DNA of 47,970 nucleotides, filler included, from Porpidia crustulata (taxonomy: Eukaryota): NCBI GenBank assembly GCA_964255105.1. It is 2 parts of 2 records of this genome, joined end to end, with 100 filler letters (N's around TTAATTAATTAA, not from the genome) between each part and the next. Parts side by side here need not be neighbours in the genome. Positions count along the whole stretch, not along the records: positions 24,065 to 47,970 come from CAXUWE010000066.1; 1 more part is not named here. One strand, 5' to 3'. Below are positions 38,241 to 47,970 of the stretch, in pieces (position 1 is the first letter of the stretch; every line of letters begins with the position of its first letter). The position numbers were made by a program, and so were the translations under genes. The notes below the pieces were generated by a model. That model saw only the letters and a program-made list of their open reading frames with translations. It was not told where the DNA came from and made no database searches.

Positions 38241-39742
38241 GCCTATGATATTGGAGTAATACATACAAAGTAGTGAGAGTTGCAAAGGTTTGGAGCATAG
38301 CAGGCTCTAATATTGAAGAATTCGAACTTAGCTCGTTACCTAATACAGCGTATTTAGCTCGATTGACATATCTGACTACCTAACTAATAACCTTCAATCG
38401 CTATCTAAAGAACTATCATGCCATAGCTATCGGAGATAGAGAGTCATGTATACCTCAACAATCATTATTCATTAGTTGATTGGGATTTTCAGGGGGGAGG
38501 GGGGAGTAGTCGGTGAGGCGGATGGTTGGGTACATTGAAAACATCGTGCAAATCTGCTCGATAGGTGCAGACACATGTCTACGGTGATATTGTTCCCGGA
38601 GAGGTTTTATGTATTATATGGCAGTGCCAAAATCCTTACTCGCATTGACCAGAGAACTATCGTGGAACGACTGGAACTCGGAGGCGATATGTTTGGGGTT
38701 ATGGGCGTTGTTGAGAAAGGGGATCGAAGGAGAAAGCTAGAGGACGGGGGCTGTTATAGATGGCTGATTGGTCCTGCTGAGTAGTGATTGGATGTTGAGG
38801 TCAAGATGTGGTAGCTCGCGAATGATTAAACAGGTAGATGGATATTTACTAGAGGTGAGGGTACTGTGGAGTCGATGGAGAAGAGCTGCGTGGGTAAGGT
38901 ATGGAAGACAGCGATATGTGTGGAAAAGAAGAAGCGATTTTCATGACTCTGCAATGCGATAGAATAGTAGTGAAGATGGCACGACGTGTCTCCTGGAAAA
39001 CCATGACTCTTTGAAGATCTGGTCTTGGAGAACGCGGTTCTCGGGAAACTACGTATCCTCGTCATCTTCGACCCTTTGTTTTTCTTTTACACGTATCAGT
39101 CCGGTATCGATTTTTGATATCGGGAGAGAATTTTTCTATGGTAAAGTTAAGGAGATTGGTTTAATTTCTCGACGTATTGATGATCCGTGAATTTCATGAG
39201 TGGCTCCTGGGAGAATGTTCTTGAGAGAAATTCTTTCAAGAGAAGGTATCTCAGAATTTGTCTTTACCAGGGTTCTGGGTCATTTCTGGGTTTGCTAAGT
39301 ACGGTAGAGTAAGCCTATGAAACAAATTCTTTGGAGAGTCAGGAAGCTATCTACTTTCTTGCTTGGTGTTAGGAGTGTGGTTGGTATGTGGTATAAATAC
39401 ATCAAGGTGGCGTTGCTGAGGCAACCAACATATGTTTCTCTGACACCCAGCAAGCAAGTTCGATTATTACGTATAATTCACTTCCTGGCTAGGCTAGTTT
39501 TTAATCTCCAGACACAAAAAGATCACTTTTAGGCCAGTGTTCTCGCCGCAGCTCCAATTCCATTCTATATCCGAAGATTAAAAACTAGCCTGAGTGTGCT
39601 CACAGCTCAATACACTTCGCCATGCCTACAAATCGTCTTTGGAAACCATTCGCGGTCCCCCAACAGGTGATCTAAGTTTATGAACCTTCACGTTTCTTCG
39701 TCGTTAATCTGATACTAGTTTCTCGATTTTGCGTGGACCAGG

Positions 39743-39847
39743 TCTTCACCAATCTTGAGCTTGCCTGTGGAGGTTCTGGTTGAAATCTCTACTTTCCTCA
39801 AGCCGGACACGGTGACTCGTCGAAAAAAATTGCTAGTTCGCTCGTGA
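39743..39847 (+). pseudogene. Isolated F-box-like fragment
   Basis: SSPILSLPVEVLVEISTFLKP after a CAG acceptor resembles an F-box start. The frame closes after ~35 codons, and the upstream candidate exon is out of phase. Confidence 0.3.
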
Positions 39848-40094
39848 GGGAGTCGTTGGAAGCAGCAAAGCGATGAATATACGACTCTTTTACAGTAAAC
39901 TCGAAATTGACAAAGAGAAATTACTACAGAATCGCAGACACATAAGACTCCAGCAAACCGTCCGTTGCACGCATATCGCCGACCATAGAACTAAGCAACG
40001 ACCATCCTACCCAGCTATGAGCCTAGCTGCCGAGTAATCATCAACCCATCTGTTGATTAACTTTTCAATCTCCAAAGACTGTTCTTCCTGTGCT

Positions 40095-40802
40095 TCACTC
40101 ACTAGCACTACCGCCTATCTTGCTCTCACGGTCTCTCTTCTCTTGCTCAATCTCAATCGCTTCCGCTTCTGCCATTGCTAGTATGGGCGACTTTGCCTCC
40201 TTAATCTCCGACTCAGTTACCCATTTCGCCTCTGCGATGATGCTACCATCCGACCTGAAATACCTCCTCTTTGATGGCGTATCCTTCGCGTCTCTGATCA
40301 CGTCCATACACTTTATAAAAATATCTGCTTCCTTATTCGTCATTCTGGCGCCACCGATAATATGATCTCTTTCTCCTTCTGATTTGTTGGATCCGTCTGT
40401 CGTATAAGCCCGTGAGAATATTCCCCGAAAGGTGTCGCCGACCAGCAGCTTATACAGATCGTCGTCTGGGTCATCAAAGCCCATATTGTAACTGAGGCCG
40501 ACACACGTGGAGATCTCGTGGGTTCTGTTCACGAGCCTTTCGGCAAAAGTAACTAGTAGCATCACATTCCTGTCAGCCTTGACTGAAGTGGGCTCTAGAA
40601 GCTGTGGTAGACACTGAGATGATTCATTCGAACCTCCTTCGATCTCCTTCACCGGAGAACCTTCGCAACCAGTCTTCTCGAGGAAGTACTCTACTAAAGG
40701 TTCTCTGGCCCGTATTTGAGCCCTAATGATGGTAGGTCGGCCAATAAAATTCGTCAGAATCCTTGCTACTTTGCGCGGAAGAGCAAGTTTTGAAAGACCC
40801 AT
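40095..40802 (-). CDS. Hypothetical protein (orphan, ~235 aa)
   Basis: Long open frame (277 codons from the first ATG at 40928; the ATG at 40802 is more plausible) with protein-like composition and a charged helical C-terminus. No recognisable domain. Confidence 0.55.
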   Translation of the reverse strand: MGLSKLALPRKVARILTNFIGRPTIIRAQIRAREPLVEYFLEKTGCEGSPVKEIEGGSNESSQCLPQLLEPTSVKADRNVMLLVTFAERLVNRTHEISTCVGLSYNMGFDDPDDDLYKLLVGDTFRGIFSRAYTTDGSNKSEGERDHIIGGARMTNKEADIFIKCMDVIRDAKDTPSKRRYFRSDGSIIAEAKWVTESEIKEAKSPILAMAEAEAIEIEQEKRDRESKIGGSASE

Positions 40803-41240
40803 GTTAAGTGATAGTCTCTGACTTGCAATTTTGTCCAATATCTTATGGATTTGAAGCTGAACATAGGAGGATACGTAAAGGATGAAAAGTACTGAAGGAT
40901 TGGTTATGGGAGCCCACTCTAGCGGCATGTAGGAGCAAACAGAGCCTGCATCCAGTCCAACATGATAGATGACGTACTAACTCGAAATAGATGACGAAGT
41001 GACTCAGAAGCTTCTGAACCCCATATCTGGAACAAACTTGAAAGCATTTACATTCTTACCTCGTATCGTTTCTATCAATGCTAACAAGCCGGTGAGAGAT
41101 AGACCCTCATTGAGGGATGGACCTTCGTGGGAAGGGATGAATCTTAGTTAGTGGGTCCACTCCCACACCTATCTTTCGCACTCCAAAACAACTCTCAACA
41201 CAGTCCCTGAATCGCCGATGATTGAATCCGTCGAATGATT

Positions 41241-41403
41241 TATCCCTTCGTCTGACAAACGAAGGGCCACCAGGATTATCGGCATCGTACCTACATCGAT
41301 TACTGCCCAAGCTTCGGTCTTACCATCATAGATTTCGTGTATATTTGTTTAGGTACTGTGCCCGACAATCCTGGTGGCCCTTTGTTTGCCAGACGAAGGG
41401 ATA
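41241..41403. mobile_element. MITE (159 bp between TA target duplications) with ~54-bp TIRs
   Basis: TA|TCCCTTCGTCTGACAAACGAAGGGCCACCAGGATTATCGG... (41240-41293) is the near-perfect reverse complement of 41350-41404. TA lies at both ends (41241-42, 41402-03), with a ~56-bp spacer. Confidence 0.85.
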
Positions 41404-42046
41404 AGGCTCAGAAGTTCCTTTGGTTTAGCCATTTGCAGAAGATAATCAACCACACGACGATCAGATAAGATGATCATTCTGTGAGCCCCGTGCCAGAGAA
41501 CGCTGGGACATTAATCGCGATAAATAGAAGCAATAGAGACAACGCCGTTGATCTTCGAACAACGAAGAGAATAAAGGAAACATGTAGAGAATTCACCGAG
41601 TAGGATGATAATACCAAGCTTGACAATTCATCACAAAGAATGGGTTGAGGTCAGGCGATTTTTCGGCAACCAAAGACATGCTGTTATCTGTCCATCGATT
41701 TTCAGAGAACCGAAAGCAGCCACAATCAGCAATCATCTGTATGACTACCACTGCGTCTTGACTCTACGCACTAGATTTTGAGAAAAACACAAAAATGTAT
41801 CAGTACGATTCGATCATACTCCAAAAAACCGGCATCACTTAGCCACTGAATCAATAATATGTAAATTCGTCATGAAGGACAGATGCTAGAAGAAAAGAGA
41901 ATGCAAGAAATATCCACGACTTTCATTTGGTGTTTGACAGTCGATCCTGTGCTCAAAATGAATCAAGCGCCACCCGCGCGCACGACTATGAGGAAAATGG
42001 ACTTATACTACCCTCACGAAACTTAGCTTATGACCGAGCAACACCC

Positions 42047-43117
42047 TCACGCATACCTCATCTGATCCCTTCCCAAATCCCGCAAAACAATATTCCACTT
42101 TCTTTCATACCCAACGTGATTATGCCCCCCACCCACGCAATCATTCCTTACCCACCGCCTATGCTCAACACACCAGAACGTCCGCTCCCAACTCAAATAC
42201 TCGTACGTCGCCCAATCGCTCCACCCCCTCTCACCCTGAAACTCTTTCCGCATGCCGGGGAGGTCGAACGCGCCTCGGTGCCGGAGTTCCCTGAACATGG
42301 CGAGATCGTGACGATGGCTTAGATTGGTGAGATAGGCACCATGTTTGAGCAGAGGCAGCGTCGCTCCATCGCGGCGCAAGGCGAGGTATTGAACGACGGA
42401 GCCGAGGGCGCCGTTGCTCTTGCTGCTTTTGAACCACTCTTTTCCACCCGGGGGACTTCGCGGATGACGGAGCTTGCGCAGGATGTTCTCGTCGCTTAAG
42501 TCAGGCAGTGAGGGTTTCTGGATTTTTTGGCTTTCGCGGTCGGAGCCACGCGCTTCGTCGTCGTCGGCGGTGTTGGATCGCCAGGTTTCCCAGTCGTGCT
42601 TCCTGTACGTGTTCGAATAATCCCCCTCAATGATGGAGGCGGTGTTGATGTCCTTAATATCGAAATTTTCGATCTCCAGATCACTGTCCCCTTTGTCTTT
42701 CCCCTCGTCATCGTCCTCCTTGCCCTTGAAAACTGAAGAAAGCGACAGCCTACGCCCTCTACTATCGAAGAGATCGACGCGGCATTCAGCACAATGATGT
42801 TTTAAAGAATCGAAAAGTCATGATAAAATACATTCATGATGACATACGCGATCGCAGCACGACATTTAAATCAGACTATTTTCTTGAACGTACGATTTTG
42901 CATCACAAAAAGCACAGAATTTCTTGTCTTCAGAAGTCTCTATCATTGGAATTAATTTAAAATTAAAGACGCACTAACGAACGTCGTGCATATGCTTCGC
43001 TTGCTCGCGCGAGTCTCAGTCGTTTTAGTAATGATTCGCAGACTTTCAGTCGTCGTCTTTAAAATTTTGCAGATCGAGATTCGCAGAAAATTCATTTATG
43101 ATTCTAAGATGATACAT
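42047..43117 (-). pseudogene. RING-finger protein pseudogene
   Basis: Single frame from ATG 43117: ...KFCAFC...LI*MSCCDRVCHHECILS*LF....HHCAECRVDLF, then an acidic linker and an open C-terminal half. Six in-frame stops, all between 42818 and ~43050, and no frameshift. Confidence 0.72.
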
Positions 43118-44489
43118 TTTAATCGATCGTGAACGAGATTGCTGTGAATACGTGATTGAGTTTCGTTTATCGAGTTTTAAGGATGACGACAATTGATATG
43201 TCGAAGAAGAGACATTGACATGACATAAGAATGAGTATTTACATTCTCACAGACGAGTTAAAAGATGATACTGTGAGAACAAGTTTATTGTGAGTAGAAA
43301 AAGGAATTCATGATGAGCTAGGAAAAAAGAATTGAACAAGACAAAGAGAACAAAGCTCCCCCAATCGAATACCACAATCATCATTATACGCGACGAGGCC
43401 GGGTTTGAGGACATGTGAGCAGTCGAACGACCTTTGAAAACCGTGGACGTTCTCCTATCGAATATCTTAACCATGAGGTCATCAAAACTCGACAATTCAA
43501 CGACGGACGAATCGACAACCTCGAGCGCAAGATTTGCCTTACCTTTGCGCATCGTATCTCCAATTCCCAGCTCCAGGTTTCCCGAATCATTCTGAACAGT
43601 AGTCACAAAACATCAGATCCATCTGTACATGAATTCTCAGAGACTCGAGCTAATGCAGTCTGCGACTTATGAGTCCGACGGATCTCGTGAGTTAATGAGA
43701 TGGGGTTTCGAATTCATGTCGCATACGACGGGGAACATGGCCTGGCTTGTAAGATGATATATATCATACACCCCAAACTTAGGATTTGCAGGAGCCTGAA
43801 TTAGCTGCCCGGCTCAGTCTCCTGCTGCCTAGAAGTCTCCAAGTTCCAGCCCTTGCGATAACGTTAATGATCGGGATCCCTTGCATTTGGCGGGAAGAGG
43901 CGCTCATTAATGGACCGCTTACAGGTTGTTCAAGGTGCGATGTCGAACATCGTGGGGATTCTTAGACAGTCACGCATCTACCTACGGCCACGCGTGCATA
44001 CTTGCGCTGGAAACAACCTTATACAAAAAATAAATCAAATCATCAATCGCCATATGGAGAAGTGGGTGCAAAAGTAATAATACTAGACTGGATAGCTAGA
44101 ATTCCGACTGCTTGCATAGTAAGCAGAGACCTTGTTATGTGTTGGTCTGTCTTTTCCGGTGCCTTTTTCTCACAAAGGCATCGTCTATCGAAAACGCTCC
44201 CAGTCGAATGCAAAGCCACTCAATGGATCTTTTGCCTCGAGAATGAAGATCTGTCGGCTACTGATCGCCTAAAAGCTTTGATGGCTCGCGGCGACCTTAA
44301 GCAGCACTTTTATTGTAAGTATCTCCGCCATCATTCAGACAGTCAGCCAATCGCGTGCTCCCATCCCCGGTACGACGTCAAGTTAGCTGGCACGATATAT
44401 TATATACACCCGAACTTAAGATTAAAATTGCCGTTCCAGGTCGGGAAAGGGAGCAGGCCCTCTTTAGCGGAAGCAGCGAGGGAGCAAAA

Positions 44490-44691
44490 GGGTAGCGGTT
44501 ATTTTCAGACACTTGTCTTTTATTTATAAACACCCTTTGAAGTAAACTTTTTATCTTCAATAATATTTTTAATCTTTTTCAATAGTGAATCTCAAGGCAA
44601 CATTATTACGGTTTAAATAGCCGCAGGAACAGAGGGTACCTGTAAATAAAATTCGAAGGTTCTGTAAATTAAAAAAAAGTGTCTGAAAATA
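44490..44691. mobile_element. AT-rich MITE-like element (~200 bp)
   Basis: Perfect 15-bp inverted repeat TATTTTCAGACACTT (44490-44504 / 44677-44691), extending imperfectly to ~40 bp. TA at both outer ends; AT-rich interior. Confidence 0.65.
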
Positions 44692-44994
44692 CGTAGTTTT
44701 GGTGTCGACCTCCGTATATCAGCCCACTGGTTACTCAGGAGGGCCCAGTATAGAGAGCCTGAGTTGACTTGCTTTGCCCGGCTATACTTACTGCCGCACA
44801 TTCACCAAGTTTGCTGCCTAGCACAGCCCCCTCGACGACATGAATATTCTGAAGGGGGCGTGTTGAGAATACCATAGAAGTCTTTTGTCACGAGAGAGAT
44901 CATGAGTGATCGCTAGAACAGTGTTAAAGAGCGTGCCAGATGAAGCCCCAGAATAAAATTGGGGTCGAATCTGTTTCGATCATATACAGTCTTT

Positions 44995-46784
44995 CTATAT
45001 GTTATAGGAAAATTGTATGTCAGTCTCAAGCTGTTTAAGCATATCAGGTATGTCATGAAGGGTAGGTCGCCTTTTTGCCGCAGCTTGGATACTGTTGTGG
45101 TCCTCGCCACATACTCTCGCCTCTAAGAAGTCCTCTGCTTCGGCAACCCGGATCTTCCACCACGTCTTCGCTGCTCGTTGTGTCCTTGATTCATCTCCTT
45201 CGACCGTACCTCCAGCTTCACCAACGGGGACGAAGACGCCCCTTTCAAGATCAATATACACACTCCTACCTCTCGAGAGATCCAACTCGTTTGCCCCAGC
45301 TATGCATCTTTCAATCCAGCCCTTCAACACCTCCGGTATCCTTCAGATTTCCGGAAACCGCCACGAGCGCTCTTCATCAATCCACGTAGCTACTTCTCGC
45401 GTCATGCACTGACCAGCATCCGTGTAGATGGTAGGCTGTTAATCGAAAATACACCAGAGCGTCTAACCCAACGCAAAAACCGTGGCTGATTCGCACTCCC
45501 TGGCTGAGAGTCGCGTCCAAGCGATATCGCCGGAAGAAGTCGCCTCAGGAGAAGTAGCTACAAGCCGCTGAAGGGCGCTTTTGTAACGTCCAGCGACCTC
45601 ACTCCGAATTGCGGTAGACTTTACTATCAAACCTAGATACCAGATGCAATCGACCTCGGGCGCAATCCATGAGATCCAGCCTCGGCGCTGCTTAAAATCA
45701 ATCAGTACGGCATCGCCATCAGCGGTCAACATGACGTTGTCGGGCTTCAAGTCGCCATGATACTTTGCTATCGTGTGCTTGTGGATATGGAGGAAGGCGG
45801 AGGTGATTTGGCGGGACCAACGGATGCGGTCGAGAAACGGTGTAGTGCACTCGACGCTCAGAGCCTCAAGAAGTGAACCACCGTGATAGTAGGGAAGGAT
45901 GAAATCGCAGATGCCGAGTTTGGGAGTCCCCGTGACGACGTACAGCGGTCGAGCGGAGATATTCGGGGGTGAAGCCATGGAAAGTAGAAGTTTCAGCTCG
46001 TGGTATGTTGTCGTAAGGTTGGAGGCGAAACGAGCCGGCTGAACAACCTTGAATACGAAGAGGGTGGTTTGGTCGAGGAGAAGTTGAATAGAGACGATGC
46101 TGATGAGTTTATTTTTATGGTCGATTAGCTCGAGGCTCGAGAGTTGTATCGATTCAATAGCTAGATCTAGTTCCTGATCCGTTGGCGACTGCCAAACCTC
46201 TTGCAGCTCCTTTAAGGACAACAATTCGTGGTCAAGCTCACGTTCGGAGCCATGCTAATCTGGATATTGTGGACATCGCTGGCGATGTTCTGGACTACGA
46301 TGCGCGATCTGAATGGCAGGCTCAGGTATTTTCTCTCAAAGTTGGGAATATGTGAGGACCACACCGTCAGGCCATGCAGGACGTGTCGAGAGATACCTAG
46401 ATTGGCGACTTGACTTGACGGGCATTTCATAGTCGCGCCAGATTGGAGAAGCAGACGCAGCGCATGAGGGTGCTGTCTTTGGTCTGGGATGTAGACATCG
46501 ATATGGAGAGGTGGACGGCCAATGGCAAAACGCGGATACGTATAGAATTGTCTGCCGTTGCCAAAACATCCTGACAGTCTCCACTGTATGAGTGTCGTAA
46601 AACCAATAGCAGATACTAGAGTGTCAACTTGGTTCTTAGGATTCAGTGGGGAAATGTTCCATACATTGCTGTTTGGAGGTTCGGATTTGCTAATATTAGG
46701 TAGCAGCTCATCTGGGGGTGCTAGGGGTAGTACAGCTGCCACTGGACTCCTAAGCGTTCTATAGACAAGTTGCGACGGCTCCAT
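44995..46784 (-). pseudogene. Fungal protein kinase-like pseudogene
   Basis: FVFK, YHELKLLL, YHGDLKPDNVML, LIDFKQ, W.APEV, VFALG*TLWCIF and terminal RPTL. Frameshift near 46240, plus three in-frame stops (TAG 45463-45465, then TAA and TGA shortly downstream). Confidence 0.82.
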
Positions 46785-46789
46785 GGCAC

Positions 46790-46805
46790 AAGAGAGAGAG
46801 AGAGA
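46790..46805. repeat. (AG)n microsatellite
   Basis: AGAGAGAG run immediately upstream of the kinase ATG (a pyrimidine tract on the coding strand). Confidence 0.7.
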
Positions 46806-47089
46806 CAGATCGGTGAGAAGGCAATCGTGGAGCGGATGAAGATTGTATTCTCATCACAGTCCAATCTCACATCCTACTTTTTGCGAAGACAACAGCCTTC
46901 TGCGAGCGGCTCGTTCCCGATCAAGGTGGGCAGAGTGCTGCCCTGTGGTTGCGCTGCTACTTACGACTGTCAGTACTTGATCCTTCAACCTCCTACTACT
47001 CCTGTCCTACTCGTCAAAGTACTCGCCCCACCCGCCAGAAAGTACCCTAGGCCGATCAATTGGCCGACAGACTCAAAGTAGAAGCAACT

Positions 47090-47970
47090 ATGGCTCGTCG
47101 CAAAAGAGGTGAAAAGGGTAAAGGAGTGTCTAGGGCCCAGCAGTAAGCTCTAGCCGAGCAACAAGCCCAAGCTCGTCAGCAAGCTCTTGCTGAGCAGGAG
47201 GCTCTTGCTGAGCAAGAAGCTCCCGCAAAACTGGACGCCCAGAACAGCTAGCGAGCCATTCATGAGCGCCAAGCTCTAGTTGCTGCCGGGCAAATCCATG
47301 GGGTCACTGAAGGAGACGATAAAGAGGATGTGAGCAGCCAGGACGAAGAAGGTAACGATATCCGTCTAGAGGATCTTACGGCGTCGCATAACCAACATGC
47401 CTATTCGGTCTGAGTCTTAATCAAGGTGAAGCAAGGTTCAGCATGACCTATTAAGTGGGCGAAGAAGCTCCCTGGCGAGAATCCAATCGGCCCTGATTTC
47501 AAGGATGATATGGCGGCTTTATTGCAAGCGATCCAGGATGGCATAGCTCATCATCGACTTAATGACGAGTTCCATTCGATTACCGTATGGATTTGATCCT
47601 CGCGAGGCAAGGCAACTTGCTAGCGAATTACTCTCGAAGAGCTTTCGCCGATTGCTTGCGCTGATGAAGTCGAGCCAGTACTGAAGCAGGAGTAATTAAA
47701 ACACCAATCTTATGAGCTTGAAGTCCATGTGGAATTTGCAGTAACACTACTACTAGCTACAGCTATAGCTGCTTAAGCTACTCCGGAAGCTCGTCAATTA
47801 ACCGCTCGCCGTCCAATTGATGAGGTAGATGATATCGTTTGTGCACCTCATATTCGTCGAACTCGGACGACCTCAAGACGTGATATAGAATGATCGTACA
47901 GACAAGAGGTAGAGATGTTACGGTCAAACCTCCTCAGCCTTCCAAGGTTGCGGCTCTGCGGGTGCTATAC
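47090..47970 (+). pseudogene. Degenerate ORF with QALAEQ coiled-coil repeats and acidic tract, possibly transposon-associated
   Basis: One frame reads MARRKRGEKGKG...QQ*ALAEQQAQARQQALAEQEALAEQEA...EGDDKEDVSSQDEEG...RRTRT to the window end, with nine in-frame stops and no frameshift. It may start further upstream (~46900). Confidence 0.6.

Noticed and set aside
43415..43740. Plus-strand fragment with a coiled-coil-like GRIDNLERKI segment
   Set aside because: Possibly a relic of a small gene, but too short and degenerate to support.
1..47970. tRNA, rRNA or CRISPR arrays
   Set aside because: No cloverleaf or T-loop context, rRNA-like sequence or regularly spaced repeat array was seen by eye. 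tRNAscan-SE or Infernal would be needed to exclude small ncRNAs.

Overview
Intron-containing filamentous ascomycete (Pezizomycotina) DNA, with short GT-AG introns and CTAAC/CTGAC branch points. A 100-bp artificial gap at 23965-24064 splits it into two contigs. Apparently intact genes: a secreted-type GH47 alpha-1,2-mannosidase, a DOPA 4,5-dioxygenase-like protein, an unusual (CxN-CSN-CDx-Cxx) Cys-repeat protein with an apparent bipartite mitochondrial targeting signal, an Ssu1/TDT anion exporter, an uncharacterised multi-pass membrane protein, an Stl1-like sugar porter, a VPS9/ankyrin/PX protein (Vrl1-type) head-to-head with HIR1, a GT15 (KRE2/KTR) mannosyltransferase and an orphan ORF. Between them lie accessory tracts rich in dead genes: an MFS exporter + adenylation enzyme + PTH11-like trio (12.8-19.2 kb), a RING-finger gene, a kinase and a coiled-coil ORF. 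There are also three unrelated MITE-like inverted-repeat elements. The most notable observations are the Cys-triplet protein, a highly divergent profilin-like gene not evident from the ORF track, and a sharply bounded patch almost devoid of CC/GG dinucleotides, suggesting a non-canonical (CpC-targeting) RIP-like mutation process. All family calls come from motif recognition by eye, not database searches.
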